A stretch of 63,295 nucleotides of DNA, filler included, from Globobulimina sp. (GCA_003354225.1; 39 parts of 39 records of this genome joined end to end with filler, not necessarily neighbours in it); one strand, 5' to 3'; shown: positions 47,569-60,147, counted from the whole stretch's first letter. Made by a program: numbers and translations. The notes: generated by a model not told the origin, from the letters alone.

Positions 47569-48677
47569 TTATAAATTTCCTTTTTTCATTACATTATGAA
47601 ATACAGGCGGTTTCCATTGATAATGACTAGATTGTCGAAATCCAAATTGTTCAGACATAGTATCGGCTTGCGGTGGCCCTCTGGATCCACGTGGATATTT
47701 TTGTGGATCTTTATTTTCACTTTCTAACTTATGTAAAAATGGAGTAACAATTCTCCACGATTCGCGCAACTCGTCGGCACGGACAAACAGCGACTGATCC
47801 CCTTCCAACGCATCTTTTATTAATCGAGTATACGCCTTGGGCAATTTCAGTGGACCGAATCTATTCTTATAAGTTATATCCAATTCAAAAGCTTGCGCTG
47901 TATCAAAACGAGCAAAACCAGGCGTTTTTGTATTCACTTTACACCAAATTGCTTCATTTGGTTGTAACCTCATTACAATTTCATTAAAATTGGCATCTGG
48001 AAATAAACACAATCCATCATTTTTAAATTGAATCCTAACTTCAGAATTCTTGGCATCTAAACCTTTGCCACATTTGCATATAAATGGTACATGCGCCCAA
48101 CGATGATTATTGACATATAATATGGTCTGAACATATGTTATCTGATTACTTGATGGATTAGCACTGTTTTTGATGCTTGGATCGTCTCTATAACCTATAA
48201 CATATAAGTAATAAGTGCAAGGATATGGATATAACTAATCTATATACAGCAATACCTGGTTTTTTACCACCAACAGATTTCGCATACTGTCCAATCACCG
48301 TTAACTTATCGCTCATCGGTTCGATACATTTTAATACCTTAACTTTCTCATCGCGCACATCCTCTGAGCGTAAGGAACATGGCTGCTCCATGGCAATAAG
48401 GGTCAAAACCTGAAGCAAATGGTTTTGTAATACATCACGAATCACTCCATATTCGTCATAATAACCGCCTCGGCCATCCAACGCCGCAGTCTCTTTCATG
48501 GATATTTTGACGCAACGAATACATTTCCGATTCCAGATGGCATCCCATATCACATTGGCAAAGCGAAAGACAATGATATTTTGCACCATTTCCTTGGCTA
48601 AATAATGATCAATTCGATACACCTCCTCTTCAGATAAAACTTTACCAATCTCAGTGTGTAACTTATTGCTTGATTCC
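47569..48677 (-). CDS. G6PD: Glucose-6-phosphate 1-dehydrogenase, C-terminal part (intron 48195-48255)
   Basis: RIDHYLAKE, GRGGYYDEYGVIRDVLQNHL, VRDEKVKVL, PG|YRDD, RLQPNEA, LFVRADEL. Confidence 0.97.
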
Positions 48678-49208
48678 NNNNNNNNNNNNNNNNNNNNNNN
48701 NNNNNNNNNNNNNNNNNNNNNTTAATTAATTAANNNNNNNNNNNNNNNNNNNNNNNNNNNNNNNNNNNNNNNNNNNNAGACGTTGTAACGGAGAAGCGGC
48801 TCAAAGTGTAGGATGGGTCCTCGTCGATTGTGTATTCGAGCAAAGGGCTGACATCATCGGTAGGATATTTCTGTTTGAGTATGGTTGGAATTGATAGAGT
48901 ATCTGTCTATGATCAAGGAATTTATAATTGGGTTCAGAATTTTGAGGAGAAAATAGCACCCGATATTGCTGATCATTTGGAACGATAGTTGTTTAATATT
49001 ATTTTTATGTGGCTAACGTAACATTGTTTCAAGTGTTATAAATAATGTCTTGTTGTGTTTATTTTATTCTAATAGTTAACGAATATTCTCTCTCGAGATG
49101 AGATATGCTTTAATTGCTTTTATTTTATTACAGGTTTCCGTAGATTTGGTATACAAAGTTGCATTAAGTGGTAATGTTTTATGATTATGTTTCACTCACT
49201 CAACTGAC

Positions 49209-50302
49209 TCAAGTGTCTTTAATTTGAGACGTACGCGACAATATGTCATTGTCATAACTATGTTTGTATTTGAAGCACGCATAGTCCTGGCGGTAATATT
49301 GTATAATCTTATCATATGTCTCTTTGTCGATAGCCAACCATGCCGGTTCTATCTCATTTTGAGTCCAAGAATCAAGAGCCATAATTCTTGAATAATTCTC
49401 ATATCGTTTTCTTTTCTTTTTATCCAACTGCATTCTTCCAAACTTCATTTTGGATTTTGGCCATTTGCCCAATGGTTTCATGTCTTTGCAGTATTGTGTC
49501 AATTGATTGTAGTGTTCCTCTAAATGCTCAAATCTCAAAATAAAATGCAAATCCAATTGTACAGCTCCCAACGCCGCAGACTGTGACATCACATGGTATA
49601 AAACCCGAAATGCATTGAATTTATACGGATTATTAGTCATATCGCGAACAAATTGTCTGAAGCGTTGAGGCTCACCTTCAATATCTAAGAATTTAATACT
49701 TTCAATCTGTGTGTGTCTGGTGGAAGGATCAAAGTTAAACTTGCGATTATGCCATAAAAACCAATTAATTGTATAATACGCAGATATTAGCCTTGTAATT
49801 GGATTCCGAATAATTGTAAAACCACATTGGGAATGTACATGGTCATGATAGCAATTCTTTTTTAGCACATTATTTTTCATTTTTTTACAAATATTCCCCA
49901 TCGAAGTTGACCCTGTTTTAGGAATATGATAATACACAGTTTTATTATTTATAAATTGCACTCTATTATCAAACTCCCATTGTTTGTATGGGTGAATATC
50001 GGCATTAAGTATTTCTGAAACTGATTCTGTGGACCACAACCAATTGAGTTTGTATTTTTGTTTGGAAATTTCAATATATTTATTCCAGTCTTTATATGTT
50101 TGGATATCGCGATATAGCGCTTCTCTGCATTTTGGAAGCAATAAAGGATTACCAAATATCATTCCATCTTCATTGTTAGAGTAAATCACGAAATCTCCAT
50201 TCAGATCTTTCACATATTTGGTGTTATTCGAATATGATAATGTGGAGGCAATCAGTTTGCGATATTTATCTGTTTGGATCAATTTATTATTTGTTGTTAT
50301 GT
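49209..50302 (-). CDS. Sulfotransferase family 2 (Golgi carbohydrate sulfotransferase-like), 5'-truncated
   Basis: 5'-PSB HIPKTGSTS, 3'-PB RNPITRLISAY, FILRFE, YRQDYACFKY. Confidence 0.88.
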
Positions 50303-50689
50303 NNNNNNNNNNNNNNNNNNNNNNNNNNNNNNNNNNNNNNNNNNNNTTAATTAATTAANNNNNNNNNNNNNNNNNNNNNNNNNNNNNNNNNNNNNNNNNN
50401 NNTAAATAACTGAAGATGTGAGGTTCTCACAAAGTGACATATACATTACATATAATAGGCGTCAAAAATTGAATAGTCGTTCAAGGTTATTTTTTAAAAT
50501 CAGTGATTTACAGTTAGAAAAACATGTTGGACAAAGAACAATTTGTTTGTAGGAGAGACAGACAATAATAAGACTCAAAAAGGGCTTCCGTGAAGGCCAT
50601 ATTATTCATTTCTAACAGTCTTTTTATTTTTGACAAAACCTACATAGTGATGACAAAGGACCCTACTACAAACAAACCTTGAATGAAAA

Positions 50690-50712
50690 GTTGTTGTTGT
50701 TGTTGTTGTTGT
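50690..50712. repeat. (GTT)n microsatellite
   Basis: About 7 tandem GTT units; TG-rich tracts near 50805-50830. Confidence 0.85.
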
Positions 50713-52143
50713 TTTTTGCTACTCCTCTATACAGATCAGTCATTCAACGATCTATCGCGAGGTCTTACGTGTGCAAGTGTACATGCTGAGTAGTGAGTGA
50801 GTTTGGGTATGTGTGTGTATGTGTGTGATGTTTGTTGAGTTATGTTACCTGAATTACCTGAAAGAGATTAAATGAGTGAGGGATTGGTAGATGTGATGTT
50901 GTAGTGAAGTGGTGTGCATGTAAATTGGAGTGTGTTGATGCACATGTAAGGGACAAGCGACTTCCCACTGAAGCTCATCATAGCGGGTTCATGGACCATG
51001 AACTGCAATGCAATTCCTGCCACACGAGCTATTCAGCATAGCAAAGCGTTGTCCGGGGCGGCTTTTCTCGGAAAGTGATTAACCTGTGGCCGGGAGGTGC
51101 AAAGCACACAAGCTATCCAGGATCCGGAATGTCAGTGTGATAGAACCGTCAAATCCGTATTAGTTTCAGATTTGGACACGAGTGTCCCAAAAATTGAAGG
51201 ACCTGTCAACCGCAAGCGGCAAAAGGGAAGGTCCTGTCATAAGACTGTACTTTTCCCTGACATCAAAAGTTTGACTTTGTATTGTAAGTACAGAGTACTC
51301 ACACAAAGACATGATGAGTTTCCCCAGGAAGGCAATGAGCCTGTTAATGATATTGATAATAGGAGTAAATAATAAAGTAAAATTTGGAAGATGAATGAGG
51401 GTGGTTGGTGTGAGAGGGGATGGGGAACAAAAGAAACTCACACCAATTGAAGGTGTTGAGGAGATTTGCACTGGATAGGAGAAACTGGCAAGGGGTAAAG
51501 CCAAAAGTAGTGAAGTTATTAGTGCAAAGTTCCACAACAAGTTGGGACAAGTTCTAATTTTATGTTGATGTCAGAAAGGAGGTAGATGTTGAGCGAGAAT
51601 CGTCATTTCATCAAATGTGAAGGCATTGAAACAGTTCAGGGCTAAAAACAGAATGTTAAAAGGAGAGGAGAAGCGCTAAAATAAATGCCAAGTTTAAAGA
51701 TATGTGGCTGTAAAAAGCTAAAATGTAAAGTGACGAGTGCTGAAAGAGATGATAGATGGAAAAATAAGCACTGAAAGAAATCCTAAAATGAAAGGAGAAA
51801 GCGCGTAAATAATAAGCACTGAAATAAATGAAAGGGTAAAGCGCATATAAGATGTTATTGGTTGGTCCCTGTTTGGTGCGGCCCCTTGGTATGGTGTTGT
51901 GACGGCATAGTAGAACACATCCGGTTANNNNNNNNNNNNNNNNNNNNNNNNNNNNNNNNNNNNNNNNNNNNTTAATTAATTAANNNNNNNNNNNNNNNNN
52001 NNNNNNNNNNNNNNNNNNNNNNNNNNNATCGCTTTGTTTCTCTATTCGAACTAAATAATTATCATCTTGAATCATTTAAAACAACAGGTAGCAAATCAAA
52101 AACAGTCGGTAGAATTTTTCTAAAGACCAAAGGTATAGATCAT

Positions 52144-53551
52144 ATGGGTGCTGCTGTTGGAGAAGGACCTGTTGAAACTTTAGATGAAAGATTGGATAGT
52201 AAGCGACGACAATGTGTGTATGGACCACCATTAGGGACACGTTGTGTGTATTTTGTGGACGATTTAAATATGCCACAAAGAGAGATATTTGGTGCACAGC
52301 CACCCATTGAATTTTTGCGCCAATGGTTGGATCATACGGGATGGTGGAAACGCATTCCATTTCATACTTTTTGCCAGGTATTAGATATTGTCATCATAGG
52401 CGCAATGGGCCCACCGGGCGGAGGAAGAAATCCAGTCTCAAATAGGTTTTTGCGGCATTTTAATCAAATCGCACATACTGATTTAGAATTTGACTCATTA
52501 TTTGGTATATTTAATACCATTTTATCCGGCAAAATGATAGCGTATTCACAGGATATTGTATCTATAATACAGGATATTGTTAGAGCCAGCATTGAGGTTT
52601 ATTTTGGAGTATGTGATTCATTGTTACCTACACCATCCAAAAGTCATTATACCTTTAATCTGCGCGACTTATCCTCAGTGCATCAAGGCTTATTACAGTG
52701 TACTGGCAAACATATGGACTCTGCAAATACATTTTTGCGGCTATGGGTTCATGAGAATCGACGGGTATTTCAAGATCGGTTAATTAATGATGACGATCGA
52801 GAATGGTTTGATCATTTATTAAGTGATAAAATTACAGAAATGAAGACCGGAGATTCTTGGGATGACATTGTGCCCTGCGATCGGAGATTGATGTTTTGTG
52901 ATTTTATTGGTGGTGCTTCTGAACAGAGAGCATATAAAGAAGTCATTGACAACAAAAGATTAGAAAATGTAGTGGCTGAATTTTTAGATGAGTATAATGC
53001 CGATGTTGGTGCCTCTATGCCAATGAATTTGGTATTATTTGCTGATGCCATTGAACATATTTGTCGAATCTCGCGTATCTTAGCCTTGCCTCAAGGTAAT
53101 GCCTTATTGCTCGGTGTAGGTGGTTCCGGCAGACAAAGTTTATCCAATTTAGCTGCATTTATCGGCGAGTTTAATGTCTTTCGAATTGAGATTGCTAAAA
53201 ACTATGGTTTTACCGAGTGGAGAGAAGATATGAAATCCTTGTTAATGCAAACCGGTTTAGAACAGAAGCAAACCGTATTTTTATTTTCCGACAATCAAAT
53301 TGTGATCGAGTCCTTCATGGAAGATATAAATAATATATTGAACAGTGGAGATATCCCAGGGTTGTGGTTGAAGGAAGATTTGGATGAAATTACAGAAAAA
53401 TGTAAGATTGAATGTGTGAAAAGAAAGATAGAGCCGACAAAATTAAATATTTATAAGCAGTTTATCAATCGCATTGCTTCCAATTTGCATATTATTATTT
53501 GTATGAGTCCCATGGGCGAAGAATTTCGAACTCGCTTACGAATGTTTCCAG
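52144..53551 (+). CDS. Axonemal dynein heavy chain (single-headed inner-arm type), AAA3-AAA4 fragment
   Basis: YGPPLG, FVDDLNMP, GAQPPIEFLRQW, AMGPPGGGRN, PTPSKSHYTFNLRD, ALLLGVGGSGRQS, EDINNILNSG. Confidence 0.94.
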
Positions 53552-53651
53552 NNNNNNNNNNNNNNNNNNNNNNNNNNNNNNNNNNNNNNNNNNNNTTAAT
53601 TAATTAANNNNNNNNNNNNNNNNNNNNNNNNNNNNNNNNNNNNNNNNNNNN

Positions 53652-55034
53652 CGACAATTAGGTAATACGACAAAAGCATCGTATATTCCATATCGATTCC
53701 CAAAAAGTAATATCGAAGTTGGCACATTTAAACAAGATATCATACATCATTTCAAAATACATCGCCATCTTTCAGATTCAGACAAATTCGACGCGTTGGT
53801 CTCAAGTAGAGCACTACCAGACTCACAATATCACCAATTTACACATTATACAGACAATCTTGCACAAACTCACAATGCTGCAAATCCAAATGATTTACGA
53901 ACAAACAGTCATTATTTAACATTATCAATATTCTTTCAATGGTTGGATGTTACATTTCCATTTTTTATTCAAAATCGCGCACATTTACTCGACTGCATTG
54001 GTTGGTATTTTACACGAGATACAAATCCATTACATTATTTAGCACACATACAAACACAAATAGAGCGTGCAAATAAATTAATCCAAACACATAATGATAA
54101 CCTTCCAGATGGAATCCCACATTTACGTTTATTAGATAATGAAGAAATAGTCGCATTAATACAGGAATTATTTATTACCAAAAATAATAAACAACAATAT
54201 AAGAATCAAACCGAAATCTGTGGAAACATCGTTCGTGAAATAAAAAAACTAAGATTTCACACACTTGCACAATTCAAAACTGCATTAACCAGATTAACAC
54301 TCACAAGTAATGATCGTATTATACCACAACATCGTAACAAAGACCTCAAATATCGTATTGTTGCACCAAGCAGACTCATGATTAACTTACAGTTAACCAG
54401 AGAAGAAAAATTTAAAAAATGGCAAGAAACATTCACTGATGATCATGATCATGATCATGATTCAGACAATACAGTTAATACTCGTTACAATCGGAATACT
54501 CGTAAACGTCGCTTCCGTCAATCACAATCTGACCAAACAAATCAACCACCATTAAAGAAACAAAAGAAACATCGTTATTACGTTTGTAAACATGGTACCA
54601 AATGTAACAAGATCAAAAACTGTCATTTCTGGCATCCTCACAAGAATAAGCAACATTGCAAATTTGGAGCAAAATGTAGATTTATCAAAACAAATAATTG
54701 TAAATACGAACATTCTCCAAGCGAGATAGATGGTATACAAAGCCATACTAAAACAAAGAATACAGATAAATCCAAACCCAATGACGCACCAATACCGAGA
54801 TATAACCCAACCACAAACCCGACCAATCTCCGCGCACAAAAAGAATTGCACAAACAACAGCAACGTCGTAATAAGAATCAGAATAATAATAACTTCTGTA
54901 TGGAATCCACCATTATGGCATTACAAGCACATAATGATTTATTAACTGCACAATGCGCAGAACTCCAGAAAAATATCAATAATCACAATTCCAATCCATT
55001 AAATCCTATGTGTCCCCGGAGTGACACACAATAA
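53652..55034 (+). CDS. Gag-like ORF with two CCCH zinc fingers, probably from a retroelement, 5'-truncated
   Basis: Frame open from 53652; CKHGTKCNKIKNCHFWH and CKFGAKCRFIKTNNCKYEH; strongly A/C-biased, intronless; a second ORF overlaps its end. Confidence 0.55.
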   Translation, partial: RQLGNTTKASYIPYRFPKSNIEVGTFKQDIIHHFKIHRHLSDSDKFDALVSSRALPDSQYHQFTHYTDNLAQTHNAANPNDLRTNSHYLTLSIFFQWLDVTFPFFIQNRAHLLDCIGWYFTRDTNPLHYLAHIQTQIERANKLIQTHNDNLPDGIPHLRLLDNEEIVALIQELFITKNNKQQYKNQTEICGNIVREIKKLRFHTLAQFKTALTRLTLTSNDRIIPQHRNKDLKYRIVAPSRLMINLQLTREEKFKKWQETFTDDHDHDHDSDNTVNTRYNRNTRKRRFRQSQSDQTNQPPLKKQKKHRYYVCKHGTKCNKIKNCHFWHPHKNKQHCKFGAKCRFIKTNNCKYEHSPSEIDGIQSHTKTKNTDKSKPNDAPIPRYNPTTNPTNLRAQKELHKQQQRRNKNQNNNNFCMESTIMALQAHNDLLTAQCAELQKNINNHNSNPLNPMCPRSDTQ

Positions 55035-55650
55035 AGATCCATTACAGGAACAAGAACCTTATGTATTTCATGAACTACCACCATATGTAGCCACAAATAC
55101 AAATAATAAAAGTGTTCCTGTTCCACACAACCGAAATTCACAACCGAATTTCAAATCTGGATCTATATTAAACACNNNNNNNNNNNNNNNNNNNNNNNNN
55201 NNNNNNNNNNNNNNNNNNNTTAATTAATTAANNNNNNNNNNNNNNNNNNNNNNNNNNNNNNNNNNNNNNNNNNNNTCTGATTGTTTTTTATAGCCATTGC
55301 ATTTTTATGCAAGTATTTGTTGGTTATTTTTACAACGACATTCTGGTTTGTAGCGTTATTTAACGCCTTATAAACACTTCCTGTTAAGTAACATGCGCTG
55401 GTTATGTCTGATTTTGGTTTAGACGAAGAAATTGAATACCTTGTAATGTGTCAGATAGTTGCGAGATTTTGGTGAATCCAGCATCATTCAACACACTTAA
55501 AACCGACATTCACCAATCACCATTCAACAACCAAGGCAACAATGATGACTTTTTATAAAGTTTTTTGTTGCCAGTCACAAAAGATTGACTATAAAAAACA
55601 TCAAATTCAATCCTTTCCAAATTCCAACCAAACATAACCACCGAGACACG

Positions 55651-56388
55651 ATGTTTAAAACAACATGTAAATGTTTGCTATTACAGACATTAATATTCTG
55701 TCAAACATCAGCGATTTGTAATTATTTTTACCCTGACACTAAACCAGTTCAATTAGACTCATGTTATTATTCCACACAAGATTATTCCTACGGCTTTTAC
55801 TGCGTAGATAGCTTTGAGAATTATACCTTTTCTGAGCCAACGGTGGTTGAATTAAAATTTTATGAAGCAAATTGCCCAGACGGTGCGGAAGGTGATGCAT
55901 ATTTTTATAATGGGCCCTATAATTGCAGTGATTATGGCGATGATTGCCAATGTGACGGTAAACCGAGTGATTGCACGGTTGCAACCTCAGTATCCTGCAA
56001 TGAATCATATCCAATCACGGAAACATATGTATATGACATTTGCATCTCTTTCAATGCTGAACTTGGCTCAAAAAAAATCACCTGTGATGAGACCGACGGT
56101 GTGGAAGAGGCCTGGTATTCAGAGATAGAGTGTGGCGGATCGAGGGTGTTCACACCAGCTCCGACAGAAACGCCTGCGCCTACGGATGCGAGTGAATGTG
56201 CTACGATATCTTGCGCAGCTTCTATGGAAGAGAGTGGTTTGAGCGATGGGCTTATTGTGGTGATTGTTCTCGTCTGTGTCTGTGTTCCTATTTGTATTGT
56301 TGTTGCGGTTATATTGTGCATTAAAAAAAAGCAAGCTGGCGATGCATATTTTGAAAATAAGGACGCTACCGGAGATGCAAGGTTGTAA
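55651..56388 (+). CDS. Cys-rich type-I membrane protein with PT stalk, complete
   Basis: Signal peptide, two Cys-spaced repeats, TPAPTETPAPT, TM helix, short tail. Confidence 0.82.
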   Translation: MFKTTCKCLLLQTLIFCQTSAICNYFYPDTKPVQLDSCYYSTQDYSYGFYCVDSFENYTFSEPTVVELKFYEANCPDGAEGDAYFYNGPYNCSDYGDDCQCDGKPSDCTVATSVSCNESYPITETYVYDICISFNAELGSKKITCDETDGVEEAWYSEIECGGSRVFTPAPTETPAPTDASECATISCAASMEESGLSDGLIVVIVLVCVCVPICIVVAVILCIKKKQAGDAYFENKDATGDARL

Positions 56389-56624
56389 AGTAAATAATCC
56401 ATATAATAGACATATGTCGCGTTAGTTTTTGTGTTTTGTTTTGCGTGTTTGCACTTTAATTGCATGTGTTGTTAAAATTAATATTTTAAGATGTTACAGT
56501 ATACTAAAATTTTAAATTAACATATTGCAATCTGGGAATTTGGAGATAGTGTTTATTTTGGGAGAATAATTAACAACTTTAAATTTGTTTAGTAGCCGCT
56601 AATAAAACAAAGGCTGTTTCTACA

Positions 56625-56799
56625 ATGCTACAACCCCAACAAAAACGAACCACACATAAAGAAATTATACAAAGTCTCTTCTTGGTCATATCATTAGTAG
56701 TTATTTTTCTTATAATAATGGGCCCTTCGCTGTTTGATCCACACCAAAGATTTATTCCATCAGAGTTTGTGCAAAATATGCCACAAAATATCAACAACT
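56625..56799 (+). CDS. Type-II membrane protein, N-terminal fragment
   Basis: Short basic N-tail followed by one TM helix. Confidence 0.45.
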
Positions 56800-57061
56800 N
56801 NNNNNNNNNNNNNNNNNNNNNNNNNNNNNNNNNNNNNNNNNNNTTAATTAATTAANNNNNNNNNNNNNNNNNNNNNNNNNNNNNNNNNNNNNNNNNNNNT
56901 ATCACCATTCAGCTTAAGTGCCGATTAAATCGCATTCTCGTTTACAATATAATCAATATCTGCTTTCTTACAAAATCTTCTCTACACAGATCTTCTTTTT
57001 TTGTTGTTTATTTTTGATTCATTAGTGTTGAGATGTTAGTGTAAAAAATATTTTTGGAACA

Positions 57062-58144
57062 ATGTCAACTTTAAAGAACGGGAATGAACTGACAGAAATA
57101 ATTGTTTTTGGCTATATAATGAAAGATATCCAGACCTTATTTCCATATCAAATAAATCCTTATTATACAATTCCCAGTGATATAACATCTGTCATCTTAT
57201 TATATTTACATAATTATTTCAGTAATGAAGGTTGCTATCAATGGAAAATTAAAGACAAACAAATGATAAATAAAATGTTCACTGCAGATAACACCGCGAA
57301 ATTTGCAAGCCTTCCTTTTGAAATGGCGCGTTTAAAATGGAGGTTAGAAATATATCCAAATGGAGCGAATAAAGAAACCAAAGGATATTTTGTTATCCAT
57401 TTACGTTTATTGTCATTGCCATCAATCATTGAGAAGATACAAATTTGCAGAACCTTTAATGTGATTGAAAATATGTCCGGTAGTACATGGATAGCTGAAT
57501 TGCGACCAAATGAATATGAGTTTTGGTCCAAAAAATGTGCATTGCAGGAATTAATTGACATTGGTTCTACTTCGATTACTGTCTCAGTCGAAGTCATTAT
57601 AAATACACTTACATTGAAAAAAGAACACAATAGTTTTGATAAAATGTGCCTGATACAATCCGCACAAAATATGCAATATCCCCAAAAGCAGCGATTTGAG
57701 CATAAGTTGGAAGGATATGAGTTGTATATATTTAAAAGAAGCAAATATTTCAAGGAAATGAGTTGTGGTGTTGATAATTGTTGGAGTTTAAGTTGGAACC
57801 CAAATGGAATGGAAGCACGATCGAAAGAATATGTGGGTGTTTTTCTAAATGTTTGTTCATTTCCGCAACATGCAAAAGGAGTACATGTTGATTTTAAAGT
57901 TGGATGCGTCGAAACTGGTCATTTTTCAACGTATAAATGGAATTTCACAGTGGATGCATGTGGTTTTGGTGATAGTTATTTGATGAAATTGAAGGATGTG
58001 ATGGAGTTTGATTGTTTAACATTTTATGCACAATATGAAATTTTGGATGTTTTGCGACATGAAAATGAGATGGAAATATGTGATCAAACAGTCATTGCAC
58101 AACTGTTAGCCAGAAATAATAAACCAGATAAATTGCGGACTTAG
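57062..58144 (+). CDS. Protein with two MATH/TRAF-like domains, complete
   Basis: YQWKI...FASLPFEMARLKWRLEIYPNG...GYFVIHLRL and WSLSWNPNG...YVGVFL...GFG. Confidence 0.85.
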   Translation: MSTLKNGNELTEIIVFGYIMKDIQTLFPYQINPYYTIPSDITSVILLYLHNYFSNEGCYQWKIKDKQMINKMFTADNTAKFASLPFEMARLKWRLEIYPNGANKETKGYFVIHLRLLSLPSIIEKIQICRTFNVIENMSGSTWIAELRPNEYEFWSKKCALQELIDIGSTSITVSVEVIINTLTLKKEHNSFDKMCLIQSAQNMQYPQKQRFEHKLEGYELYIFKRSKYFKEMSCGVDNCWSLSWNPNGMEARSKEYVGVFLNVCSFPQHAKGVHVDFKVGCVETGHFSTYKWNFTVDACGFGDSYLMKLKDVMEFDCLTFYAQYEILDVLRHENEMEICDQTVIAQLLARNNKPDKLRT

Positions 58145-58201
58145 CTGTTTGTTGTAATGCTAGGAAAATGTTTTTTAATTTTGTTGATTTGAGCTTGAAG
58201 T

Positions 58202-58423
58202 ATGATGTCGCATTCTAACAGCAAACAAAAGACAGAGTTGATAACACTTGGATTCTTTACAGATGCACAAAAAATATTACCGTTTGGAGACAATCCATAT
58301 TATATCATTCCAACTCCTATAATAGATATAACGTTATCGTACATATACAATTATTTCATGAATTATACTCAATATACATGGAAAGTGAATGACTTAAATG
58401 TAGTGCATAAAATGTTGAATGCA
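58202..58423 (+). CDS. Tandem paralogue of the MATH protein, N-terminal fragment
   Basis: Shares TExI..G...Q..P...NPYY.IP..I....L.Y..NYF.....Y.WK with the upstream gene. Confidence 0.8.
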
Positions 58424-58523
58424 NNNNNNNNNNNNNNNNNNNNNNNNNNNNNNNNNNNNNNNNNNNNTTAATTAATTAANNNNNNNNNNNNNNNNNNNNN
58501 NNNNNNNNNNNNNNNNNNNNNNN

Positions 58524-60047
58524 TACAGATGGTACTATAGAATCACCAAGAATGCCAATTGGGTGTACGGCAAATCGGGCAGTGATCGAATCGCCTGCGC
58601 TCCCGGATACGTCGAAAGCCCTTTGTTCTGCACCACCTTCGTCTATGCCTCTGACACTGGCGGTAATTTCACAAATTACACATTCACGCAAGGCGTCTGT
58701 GACCCGACTGCGTCGCCTACCACATTGCCCACTGTGTCGCCTACGATACAGCCCAGTATTCCCCCCACCGCAGCACCCACAGATGTTCCATATTGCGGCA
58801 GAGATTACATATTTGATACGGTGCAGGAAAATAGCAGTGTGACTATGGATTGCCCCTTCGGCTGGACTGGGAATAGTGCCGTTAGACGGTGCGAAATGGA
58901 GGGAATATGGAACACTGTTTCTGATGATTGCCATTTGATCAGTTTGACGGATGATTTTAGCTACGTTCGGGACGATTTATGGATGGGTAATAAGAGCGAT
59001 TTGCACAGTTATACCGCCTTTACGTATCCATTACGAATTGATTTTGCTGGGTTTACGGCGGAGAGTAACTGTGGTGGTTATAATATTGAATTCATGTCCG
59101 GGATGAATGGTGCGTGGAATTGCAGTCATGACATATTATCCGTGCGGAATATATCAGACCGGCAATCTGGTGTAATCACAGCGAGCGGGAACATGTATTA
59201 CATTGATGGATATATGTTATATCGAAGTGATTTTAATGGCGATGTAACCGCATCTTTGCAACATGGAAACGGTTTACTTTTATCAGTTATAGATACAGAA
59301 TGGTTGGCAACACCATCACAATTATTAATGAGTTCGTTTACAAATGATTCCAATGCATTTACATTCACATATGTAGCATTAACGACATTTATTGATTGGT
59401 TCAATCCACCACAAAGTGTTAATGTATTTAGTTCATTATGGACCACAACAAGCGGTGGTGTTATATTTGGACAATATGCATCCACTTCGTTTATGGATAT
59501 TGATCCGGATACGAATAGAAATTATGTTGAATTATCCAATGGTGGCAGTATATCCTCCGATGAGACACAGTTTCAATTCATATCACCATTTATAATGACA
59601 ATGATATTTAATACCATGAATAATGATAGTATTTACACAGATATATCGATAGAGATTGCAACATCGACTGTGAAGCGCAGTCTTTTCCCACCATTTGATG
59701 GCAATACATATCCCTCCATAACGGTTGCATTTAGAATTGATAATAATAATTTGTATATAACTATGGACGGCACACAGTATTCAGCCATTTCTGCAGATTG
59801 TAATAATGAAACTGAATTATTGAGTAAAATATTTGTAAACGAATACAATGTATCAATTTCCATATACGATTCCCAGATGAATGAATGTGGCATGTTATCA
59901 CATGCAAATATGACCTATTTATCCGCCAGTTCATTGAATTGGAATGCATTGAGCATAAAAGCCACAACCAATACAGATATCGCATGTATATCTTATGTCA
60001 GTGTGATTGCGGGCATTGAAGAAGAGATAATCACACCCTCTCCCTCC
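58524..60047 (+). CDS. Large extracellular protein fragment (Cys modules, PT repeats, beta-rich domains)
   Basis: CAPGY and CPFGWTG..VRRC...GIW modules, PTxxPT repeats, many NxS/T sites. Confidence 0.75.
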
Positions 60048-60147
60048 NNNNNNNNNNNNNNNNNNNNNNNNNNNNNNNNNNNNNNNNNNNNTTAATTAAT
60101 TAANNNNNNNNNNNNNNNNNNNNNNNNNNNNNNNNNNNNNNNNNNNN

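Noticed and set aside
51097-51550. Short ORFs or an F-box/LRR relic (LQFLGHSCPNL)
   Set aside because: Many stops and only one short resemblance; not enough support.
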